Shown here one piece after another: positions 8,501-20,500 of a stretch of DNA of 30,140 nucleotides (position 1 is the first letter of the stretch; every line of letters begins with the position of its first letter). The notes below the pieces were generated by a model, which was given only the letters and a program-made list of their open reading frames with translations, was not told the origin of the DNA and did not search any database. The DNA is from a virus. Its lineage: Duplodnaviria; Caudoviricetes. The stretch is from the IMG/VR virus record IMGVR_UViG_3300025132_000193, positions 1 to 30,140 of that record, one strand, 5' to 3'. The translations under genes were made by a program, and so were the position numbers.

Positions 8501-11500
8501 CACTACGCTCAGTGTAAGTGTGAGTGCGGCGCACGCCGTTTGCATCTATGTATTCCAACTTGTTGCCGTAGTACGGTTTCTGTGGGAAACCACGAGCATC
8601 ATCTACAGTGATAGTCGTGGCACTCGAAGCAGGGTTCACGGTAACAGTACACACAGGGTTGAGGCTAATGTTCTCAAGCACTTCGTGATATATGTCGGGA
8701 TGGATACTTGGGTATCCTGCGAGTGTGATTTGGCAAGCAATACTACCTGCACTTGCACGAATAAATTCGTAGTAATTGTCAAGACGATGATGATTGAGAT
8801 GGCGGAAGCCAGTAGCATCAACATGGTCGGGTCCATCTTTGTGTACAATACTCCACCAAGGTATGTTAGTTGTCATACCCGGTGAAGACTTAACAAACAT
8901 CTGTGGGTGATATGGTAATGACCGCTTAACAAACGCAGGGCTTTCAGTCGCTTGAACACCAAGCGGGTTATACAACATCAAAGGTGGTATGTTGGTAAAT
9001 TGACTACCGTGGTCGGGGTCGTGGTCAATGATGAGTTCGTTGATAAACACTTCACAACCTCTCACATCTGCTGATGTAGCCTCAGCCAAAACCAATCCTA
9101 CACCACCAGTAGCGGAATCGGGTTCACGCAAACCGACCACTAAAGCAACTTGTTGACCCGTCAGTTCATCAGCACCGGTATTTTCATGGAAACCAATTAA
9201 CTGTGATTTGAACACATTCGGTTGAATGACAATTTGATACGCACCTACTTCGGAAGGGTCGGGGAAGTGCTCTCGTAGTGTGTATGTACCAGCGGCTTCA
9301 AGCACAATTGTGTGTCCACCAGCGGCGTTTACTACACCTGCTTGGCCTTCGGACGCAAGAACGCCGTAACCGTCACTGCGAATCTTAGATTCAAACATCA
9401 ATGTGAACGCCCCACCGTGAATGTCACTTGGGCCACTTGGAGTGGCAGTAAGTGACCCAAATGTATGTTGTGTGTCATAACCGTACAAGTTATCTGTAAG
9501 AGTGGATGAAATATCACTCATCAAATCATCCATATCTTGCTCTTCCATAAGCAACCTTTCATGGTGTTTAACAGTAGCAGAACGAATTGCTTGGTGTTTA
9601 TTGTATAACCCTTGATATGCAGGGTGGGCAAAATGACCGGGTAGTACAGCCATAGTAGGTGTAACGAAGTGATGACCCATACGAGGTAGAGCCAATGGAC
9701 TCATCTTAGGCACTTCATACATTGCGTGAGCAAGCAACGCATTGAGTGTATGATTATCTTTGTACAGTGTATGTGCCATGTCGGGGCTGTTGCCACTCAC
9801 TTCTGCATGGTCACGCAATCTGCGTGAAGCAAAGAATCGAGTGCTACCAGCAGGAATATAATACGATGGTACTACCTTAAGTGCTGTTATATCACCAGCA
9901 ATCAATTCAGCGAAATCAGTGTCACCTACGCAACCTGTAAAGGTAGAGCCAGCAATACCTGTGAATGATGCTACACCACCCTTGTCTGTTGTTGGATTGT
10001 AAAGTCGTAAAAACTTGCGTCCATCACGAATTGATTCGTTATACAGCGTAGCGTTAGGTGCGGTGTTTACTGTAAGAGTGGTACCGCTGTATGACACACC
10101 TGTTAGTTCGTTGTTAGTCACACCGTCACTATGAGTATAGTAGGTTGGATGGCGATGGCTGTGCGTGTTACCGTTCTTAGTGACATGGAAGAATAGCGTG
10201 CGGTCATGTAACTCGTATGATGTTTCAAGCGGTGCGTGACCTGTAGCGTTTTCCCAACCCGAATGGGTAGGGTCGGGGAATTGGCTTTGACTGATGTGTT
10301 CCCAGTTGTGGTCACCGAATGTTCCGCCGAGTCTCGGTCCCTTTGTTTCATCAGTAAATAGATGTTTTAGGCTGTCCTTTGAAAGTGGTCGAGTCATACC
10401 TCCTGTGCCCATGGTTTCGTTTTGATATGCTTGTAATCTGTCAAATCCACTACGAATGATTAGATTACCCGGAATAGAGTCGGGGTGTGGGAGCCTTACC
10501 TTCATGTTAGGCTCAATGCCACTACCTGCGATTGCTGGTGCTAATCCTTCCGCACTACGGTCGGAAACTGTGTTAAATGTACGGATAACGGTACCAAATG
10601 GTGAACCACCTTCGATAACATGCACTTGTCCCGTATCATCCTCTACCTGCATTTCTTCAAATTGTAATTCCTCGTTTGGTATTGACAACACATTTCGCAA
10701 CTCATCGGGATGACTTGCGGCAAGTTGAGGGTGAGAAAGTTCCTGTGCTTGTATGATTGGGAACATTGCGCTGTTAGTGGTTTCAAAGGAGAAGCGATTG
10801 ATACCGTACAGTTTCTCTCCTGTGGTATGACCCGTTCCGCCTGTTACTCTTGTGATGAACGGTACAGCACCTAAACCACGAGCGTTGACAGCAGGAAGGC
10901 TGAGGTTTCCACCATCCATACGCTTCCAAACAATATGTTCGACTGTGAAGTTTTTAGCAGGTGAGCGTTGATTCATCTTGAAAGCATTTGTGTCACCAAG
11001 CCAATAGTTTGCATCATCACCGTATCTGTCAAGTTCTGCGCTTGTGCTTGTTTTCTTATCATTAATGATGTTTCTCTCAATGTCAGTTGTGCTTTCCAAG
11101 AAGAAACTACCCGGACTTTTATCCAAATCGAAGAACAAATCACCAGTCATTGCAAGACACGGTTCTGCATTGTTCAATTCAACATCACTACCTATCGGTC
11201 CATTGAAAGTGAAAGCACTGCTTGGAATATCATCTGTAGGCTTTGTTGTATCCGTAACAAGTGCTTCGATGTTAGGACCACCGTGTGCCGGTGCAACAAA
11301 CCTGTCAACCCCATGCATACGCTCATCCCATTGCGTGGTGCCCGCAAAGGTGATTGCTGTCGATGCGGCGACTGATGCGCCTGTTTTCGATACGACAGCC
11401 AACCAATCTCCCGTAGCCGTAATACCATCACGGTCACGCTTTGCTACGAGAGCCATTTCACCTTCATATGATACTACAAGGAAACCACGAGCAAAGACTC

Positions 11501-14500
11501 CTTGTTGGTGATGAAGTGTTTTTGGTACTGTATCCGCATCAGCAATATGTAGCGGATTAGCGAAATGTGTAGAATCTTCCGCATCGGTATATGCCGCCGC
11601 CGCAGTGGTTGTGTAATTCCAAGAATAAGGAGTAGTAAGAATACTATCGGAGTTTGCTCTATTGTTCAATACACCACTCGCTTCGGGCGAATTTTGCATT
11701 GGAGTGAAGTGAGGTAGGTGACCGAAGGTACTCATAACACTTGAAGCAGGGCCGTATGGGGAGAAGCCCAACATAGGGTGCCATGCACCAAGACCTGCTC
11801 CATACCCTTCTGTACCCACCCTTAGCGAGTTAAGATACGAATAACGCTCTCCTGCCCACCCTACGGCTCCTGTGGGGCGTGTGCGGTCTATCGCATCCAC
11901 AACACCGCTAAAGTGTACACGAGTCATGTGGTTGCGTGTGGCATCATTGTAGTTGTTGAAGTAGTTCACACCCGACTTACTCCAAATGTACAACTTAGTT
12001 GGTGCTGGTGAACTGAACGCAGGTACAGTTATTGTTGCACTTTCGCTTTTATTATGCCAAGTTGTCATATCTTCAAACTGTGCTAATCCAGTGATTCTGT
12101 TTGGAGCGAGCCAAAATCGTACAGTCCATGTACCGCTGTTATCATACACCTCACGAGAATGATACGGAGCGAATGCGGGACAATCGCCCGACCCATGCAC
12201 TGGTCGCCCACCTGCATCGGTACGAATCCAACCACACGCAGGTAACTGTTCAAGCAAGTCTTGTGTACCACCTGTCATAGTTGCTTCAATGAAAGATTTA
12301 GAGGATGAAGCGGTGTCATTTGTGTATGTCGTATAATTTAATTCAACCCAACCATATCGGTCTTGTCGCATAGCATTGCCCATCGACGGCATGAATGTAC
12401 CACCCATGGCTTTGAGTGCACCTTTGCCGGGGTTTTCGTTGATGGCTTGACCGATGATAGTCGCCAGTTCCTCACCGTTTTGACAGCGTGTAGCGTCAAT
12501 AGCAATTATCTCACGATTGAAATTTGTACTCTCTTCGTTAAGTGCACCATCAAGCACAATCTTAGCCAACGGACCCGATACACGGAAAGCGGTTGGTTGC
12601 ATAACATTGTTCAGTTTAACAACTTTGTAATCTCCACTTTGCATTGGTGGATTGAATGACAACTGGTTGTCCATCCAAGAACCACCGGGGTGATAACCAC
12701 CGTCCATGTGGAAAGTCATATCAGCACTCATGGCTATACCGTAGTACCCAATAGCACAATGTTGGTACGGGTGCGCCTTTCTGTAGTCAGCATCGTTGTT
12801 GGCCACTACTTTACCAGCAATCGGATTGATGAAGTGTTCACCGTAATGATAACCGTGTTCGGGTCGTTGATGTATCCCGTAGCCTGTGGATGTGCCCGCA
12901 CCGATGTTTGGTATTCCTTGAGGCGGCGACCAGTTCAAAGTGGTATTCCAATGGAATCGTTGACGGCGAGATTGATAATTTGCATCGGGTGGCCCGTAAT
13001 CACCATCATTATTGGTAATCTCATTAGGAAGATTCTTGTTGACAGGAACCTTACTCCAAGCATTACCCGTCGTAACGACATATCCGGGGTGTGGTTCTAC
13101 ATCACCAAGTGTACCAGTTGCGGTTTCGTAGAATGGGAATGCTTGCCCCGGTCCATAAACAAGGTAAGAAGTAAAATAGTCAGTGTTTGTTTTATGGTCA
13201 ACATATCTTGCTGTTTGATGTGGCATACGAATGACCAATGGAACAGGTCGTTGCCTCACAATACCGTTTGTGTAACGAGCAGTAACATGTGACGGTTGAC
13301 CCGATGCCAAGTTTGGTAGTGTACCAGCGTCAATGTCCGGTGAGAGAATGTTATTTTGATTGTAAGCAGGTGGGTTGATACTGCCACGATGTTGATTGAG
13401 ATAAGGTGTACCGGGGAAGAACGCCAACAAAGCGTTACAATCCATTAATGCGTATGCAGTGCTAATTTCATTGGCGTTTTGAATACCTGCTGTACCTGTA
13501 GGTCCGGTCGAGTATGGATGTGTGTAGAATGACGAGTAATCGTTTTGCGAACCATCATTCACATCGAGCACGACACCGCTAAATCCACCACCAAAGTACA
13601 ACGGTACACTGTGGTCGTTACTATCCCTTCCTCCTTTGAAGTAGGTGATAGGCTCGCTCTCTACACTACCGTACAAACGATAGCCGCTAAAGGTCTTGTC
13701 AGCGTGAAGCATAAGCAAACCGTCTTGATTCACACTTCCTCCGCCAAATTCTGCTAAAAATTCATCATTAGCATCAACATCTTTTACAATCAACTTAGTG
13801 GTTGTGTTGCTTCCCTGTTCGCTGGTTGTAATTCCAAATTGTTTACTACCATGCCACAAGACTTTCAAATCACCAAACGATACCAGTTTTATTTTACTAT
13901 CAAATGTTGCACTTTCCTCACCAGCGGGTACAAGCATATGGGTAACAAGTTCGTTTGGCTTCAAAGTGAAAGTGCTCGTTCCTGTACTATGGTGATGAGA
14001 GTCGTAAACCACCATAGCATTGTCAATAGCGGGCAATATGTGGTCACCCATCTTTGAAGTGTAATTTAATCCCTTGAGGTTATTTGCCCATGAATTAGTT
14101 GGCACTGGGTCGTTGTACGAATCAACAAGAATAGGGGTGGGAGTATTTGCGTGATAACCACGAGCCTTAGTACGAATTTGTAAAACAGTACGAGGTATAT
14201 ATCCACAATCTGCTTTACGATGGTTATCTTCTATATCTGCATCACTTACGGGATAAAGTTCCGTCTTATCGTTTATCGTTACGCCGAATGTGGCATCCAC
14301 CTTTCTGTACTCACCGAACTCAAGATGTGGGGCTTCTATACCTAAATCGTGATGTAGGGACGCTTCAAACATAGTAGAGAGTGGGCGAGCACCACGCTGT
14401 GGATTATGTGCACGAATCTTGATAGCGTCAGCAGTAACACCCCATTCACCAAATGTTCGACCATCAGCCGCATACATGTGTCGGCAATCGAAAGATACAC

Positions 14501-17500
14501 CGTCGTCTATGTTCGGGTTTACAAGGTTGATTGCTTCGGTAGTAACCGCCGCAAGTAACTCATCGGTCACCAGTGTAGTCCAATTAATTCGTGGTGAAAT
14601 AAGTGCCTTGATGATGCGGTCGGTGGACGCATTGAACATAGAAACTGCTGTGTCAGTGAGTGATGTGGCACCAAGGGTTGCTAAAGAGTGTGAGGCTGTG
14701 AATTGGCTTCCTCGCACTCCGTAAAAGATATGAGTACCTGTACTGTCTAATTGAGTACGACTTTCGTATGAGATGACATTTCCTACGCTACCTACATCGG
14801 ATGTGTTAGTGAACGGGTCGGTGATTTGTATAACTCCATTTTGACGAGGGAAACCAAGATAACCAAGGATGTCGGGGTGGTCGCCAAGTTCCGCACCACT
14901 GTCGAATGGTGCACCGAGTTGAACGGTTAATGTGGTTTCGCTGGCATCCCACGATATATCGCAATCAATACCAGCAGAAGGAGCATACACACCTCGCCAT
15001 TGGTTACCTCGCCAACTGTTCTTGGTTACTGTTGAAACATCAAGACGACCTGTAGCGTCACCAAATCCAAGCATGTGTTGACCGATGGTAAAACCACCCT
15101 TAGCCACATCTCCGTCATTAAAGTACACACAAATTTCGTCTTCTATGGTTGAAGGGATGGTGGTTAAGTCATTAGCAAACGACTCATTCATTTTACGATA
15201 TACAAATCGTACACCGTATCCTTGCCCTCGATGGTCTGTGAAGCGGAAACCGTATAGAGGCGTATCCCCTACAGCGTCATCAATCACATCTGTGGTTTTC
15301 ACATGCCCGCTATAATTGTTGATTGGGGTTGGTGAAGCACCACCGACTGATGTACCTTCATTGTATAACACATCAAACTGAGTATCACCCTTACGACCAA
15401 GACCGTGCTTACCCGCTAAAGGTGAAAAGCCCGGTACACCCGATGCTACAAGACCACCGAAGTTAATACGACCAACTGCCTTCTTACCAACTCTCAATCC
15501 TTTTACAAGGGCCGTTGAAGGGCTTTGAGTTTCAAACGATTCATCGTTGATACTGTTGTGTGAAATGCCTCCAAGATGTGCTGAGATATTACGACCCTTT
15601 GGGTTACTCACCTCATTGAGCCTAACTGTAATATCGTGATTACTGGTGAACGCTTCATCCGGCTCTTCCTGTGAAACAAACTCTCGTAGTGTTGTCACAG
15701 GTGCGAATGGGCGACCATCTTTGTTGAGCGGCATAGGAGCAGGGTGCATGTTTTCACCCAACATTTCATCGGGTTGCGCCCAAAAGTTTCGGAATCGCCC
15801 ACCGTGACCAATAAGGAATTGCGGTTGATAAGCCGATTGACCCTTACTGTTATCAAGCCACACACAGAAGTTACGGCCCGATGCGCCCGGAATAGTCGAG
15901 TGAATGATGATAGAATACCCTTCGTTACCGTTAATGTCTTCTACAACCCTTCCAAGATGCGCTCGTACATATCCCATGTGGGAACCACGGTCATGTGAAT
16001 CAAACGCAATGTCGCCATACCAAAACGGTGCGGGGTCGTAAGTAGAACCTGTGGCTGAGAAATCAGCATTGATGTGGGCTGATGTTGGGTCTTTGTTGGG
16101 GTCAGCAATATCTTGCCTCACACCAATACGAGTAAGGTCAAGTCGCTCGCTTTCACCGGGGTATTGACCCGAAGGGCGACGGGCGTGAGTTCGACCGTTG
16201 GGTGCACCGCCTTGATTGACAAGACGCACTACTTCTTTCGCCGCCGCCTCAATATCTGTAACACCTTCTTTGACCCCAACTTCTCCTAAATCAAGACTCA
16301 TACGACGCACGAAATCCATCTCAGTCCAGTGTTTTAGGTGTTGTAGTCGAGTTTCCTCGTGGCTTCCGAGGTCGAGGGTCGTATTCCTCTTCCCTTTTAA
16401 TGAGAGGAAAGCCGAAATGACACGAGTACCATCCGGTGTATCAAAGAGCGTACTTGCGTCCTTGAGTGAGTGAGTAGCGGGGTTTTGAGCCGCTCTATGT
16501 AATTTCAGTTTACTTAACAAAGCGTTTCCATCTTTTTCTTTGCGAATCAATTTATGTGCTTCATTAGCATAGTAAATAGATGCAACTGCTGGTTGAACTC
16601 TTGGAAGTGAAGAATCACCTACGGTATGTGTGTTGCTGGTTCCTTCATGGTAAAGTCCAGTGTGAACAAAATGTCCGTGTCCTTTACCTCGCAACAATGG
16701 ATTATGCCCAAGGTCTACACTTGGGTCTTCTAAAGTGTATTTGACATGAGAAGAAGTCGTGTTACCAAGTAGGTCTTGAGAGCCTGTGTTTGGTACATTG
16801 TGTGCGTATGCACTTTCAATGAACTTAGATTGCTGAGTTGAGCGTAGGTACTTGTTTTCCGAAGGGAAACCGTTCGCTACATCAAGTTGAGTTGTAAAGT
16901 AATGAGGTGCCCCACCGTTGATGCTAACAAGGTGCTTGTCAAGTTTGAGTGTACCACCCTCATACGCAATATCTCGACCGAAACCTACACCGGGTGTAGC
17001 GGCACTTGATTGAACTTGCATATGTAAATCATGGAAGGCGATGAACTCACGGTCATGCCCAACATCAAAGAGTAAGACACGGGCATTACCATCAGTTGAG
17101 AGGTATGGGTCGATATAGGCCACGGTAGGTGCTTGAGTGGCATCCAATCCCATAGCCTCGTAATTCATCTCAACTGTCTTGTTGACATGTTGTGCAAAGT
17201 TTTGTGCTGTTTCAAGACACGAGTTCCCAATGAGGAAGTTTTCAAGTGGAATCGAATCTCTTGGTCGATTAGCCAACACCCCTTGACCACCGTTGAAACC
17301 CCTCCATACAGCCGCATCATTGAATACACCACGACTCTTTGCAAACAAACCTTCTATGGCGTGTGGGTTGTTTAGAGTCATGTTCATCCAAACTGTGTCA
17401 CCGTTGCGTAGCCCACCTTGAGCGTAAGGGTACAACCAACTACGGTTGAGAATTGCATCATAGTCTTCTTCTATGACCGTACCAACCCCGATACGAACCT

Positions 17501-20500
17501 TGTCGTTATTGCTAATTGCTACGATGTTGTTCGCTGTGAGAGTAATTTTTGTATTTGTTCCTGTTATGAGGTCCGATTGTACAGCACTCACAGTACCCAC
17601 ATAAAGAATGTCGAGAGGGGCTGAACCTGTTTGCTTGAATAATTTATCACCCTTGCGTATATTTACACCTATGGTGTTAGCGTGAGCAAAACGATTGCTT
17701 GAACTTGTCAAAGTAATATCAAGAACTGTAGTAGAATCAGCGGCAACCGTACCACCATTTGTGAATTTCCATTGTTCGGCTGATGTAGTTGGGTAAAATG
17801 TATTCATTTTTCTTTCATTACCCGTCATATCAGTTGGATTATCTATAGCGTCTAACATTCGTCCTGCCTTTTTCAACCTAAAATCTACATCAACTAAATC
17901 GCTAAGTGTAAAAGATAAATTAGGTCGAGTTAGCACTTGTATTGAATTAAGCCCACCGTTAGCATCATATTTACCAAAATACAACACTTCGATAGGTGTT
18001 GTTAGCATGATTTCTCCTACAAACATCAAGTCACCAAGTGAAGGGTCAATAATTCCCGTTGAACTACGAGTGAAAGGTACATCGGGGAATAGACTTGTAT
18101 CTTCTAATCCCAAGTTCAATACATATCCCGTTGATGCGGTACCGCTAATTTCCTGTACTTGTAGAATTTTTGAGATAGGACGCTTTGTTACAGTGCGTGG
18201 TGCGTGGGGATTAGCGAGTGGTCCTGCCTTAAACTCCACCGCACTTACATATTGACGCAAACCGTAGTCAAGATTACCACCTTGTGTTTTTACATTCGCC
18301 ATATCATAATAATAAGGTGAGCGACCTTCAATATCCGAAGAAGGTAGTTCTACATCGGATGCCACGGGAACAAGAGTCTCATTTCGGAACCCTGCCGCTG
18401 TGTAAATTTTAGTACCCACTATTGCGTTTTGGAAAAAAGTTTCGGAGTGACCATCGTGATAACCACCTGTACCGGTTTTTGGGATTCGCAAGTATCCATC
18501 TGTAGGTGCATCATTGTTGTAAACACCCCATTCACCATTAGATAAAAACACCCTGCGTAATCGTTGGATGCCTTGTAAATTACCTATCTCATCAACTGAT
18601 GTGGATGCGGGGAACATCTTAGGATGTGAAACATATACATCAGCATAATCTGTGCTTTGAACTATCTGTAAAATAGTAGCCGACTCAACATGCTTTTTGT
18701 TGTTAATACTGTACGAATATGCCGAATTAGCACTTTTATCGGATACTCCAATGTCATCAGCACGACGACCAACGGGTGATGCATTCCATGTGTGAGCCGT
18801 ATATGTGGCGTCAATATGCAATTTCATACTGTTATCGGGACCGGGGAAGACTCCTGCTTCGGTATGGTCAAAAAATTGCTGTGGGAATACAGGAATTTCA
18901 ACCATAGAACGGGTGCTTGCGAACTGCGAGCCGAGTTGGTAATCGTGCGTCACCGTGTCAAGTGATTGGAACAAACGGTCGTTGACTGTACTACCGTCTT
19001 GTGCTAAAGAATCATTATCAAAATCACCATCATTGTACACATACACCGATGTGGTGTGTGTCCCAAGACTACCTTGAGTGTACAAACCAGTAGCGTTTGC
19101 CCATTCGTGGAATGAAGAATATGCGGTACCCGCCGCATCCAAATATGTTCGATTAGCGACGGCATCAGTACCAACGAAAAAGAAACCCGCACCAGTTTTT
19201 GATGTATAAGCGGCACTCGCTCCATCATCAAGGTAAATTCGCCCTACCTTTGGGAAACAAATTGTACCCCATGATTTCGTGTCGGGGGATTCGTTGTTAA
19301 GTGGTCGAACACTGAGCGTTCCATTATTACCTACCGAATGCGCTACTGTTGCTTGTACTGCACAATTACGGCGTGTAGAACCCGGCAAACGCATCAGTGG
19401 GCTTGGGTCGAAGGTAGGCTTTGTGTTGATGCCACCTTGTCCGGGGCCACCAAGCGTCACTGTGACAACAGGAGCGTTAGGCTCAATCTCTTTCACCACA
19501 TGAGAATCGGGTGAGCCGCTACCTACCACCGACACATTTTCGTTGACGAAACTCTCAGCAATACCTGTAGCAGTGACGACCACTGTTGACATGTTGCTTT
19601 CGGGACTTTCTTGCTTTGATACTCCACGAATACGACACCTGCTCATAAGGAACATGATGCTGGCGATATTCGGATTTTCAAAACTACCCAAAGTACGAAT
19701 CATTGACAATTGATTTACTCGTGATTTAACAGAAGGTTGTACTATAATTTTAGCCAAAATTCCCGCTTCGTCGGTAACTATTACATTGTCAATAATGTTG
19801 AATAATTCAAACACACGAGATGATTGAGTTGTTGGTCCTATATCAAAAACACCAGTACCCGATTTATTAGTTGTGGGTTGTAGCACTTTTTTCCCCGCAC
19901 CAACACTCAAAAGTGTATCTTGGGTGTTAGAAGTCATTGCTTCAATAGCGAGTCTGTGGTACACTGATTCGTGAGTGCCCGTGTTATGTGAACGCTTAAC
20001 TGCTGTAGGAGGTGATGCTGGTTCTGCATTTACATCGTTTACAGGAGTGTACAAAGCAGGTGTACGACTGTAATCTAATTCCGTATCACTGTCATGCCCA
20101 CCAGCGTTATCACCAATCAATGTGTGTGACTCTTGCATAAGGCTTCCATAGCCACTTACAGCATTAGAAAGATGAATGACTCCACCAGCGGAATAAAGCG
20201 TAGTATTAGCAAGGTCGGATTTTATCACATCCAATACTCTTGTACCACTACCCAAATCAAACGACCCTGCTGGTACCGTCTTAGTAACCATGAGCATAGG
20301 TTCGGTCTGCCCCATGCTCGCCCCTGTGAGGTCTATGGCGTTGTAATGCACTTCGACATACGGAGCGAGGTTGTGTGATGTACGCAGTGCGGGTACATGA
20401 AGAAGGGCAACTCGACTTTCTGTTTCGGGTGTAAGATGGAATAAACGGTTATTTTCATCAACATCATTTATTGCTGGTACTGGCCCTTTGAGCATGAACG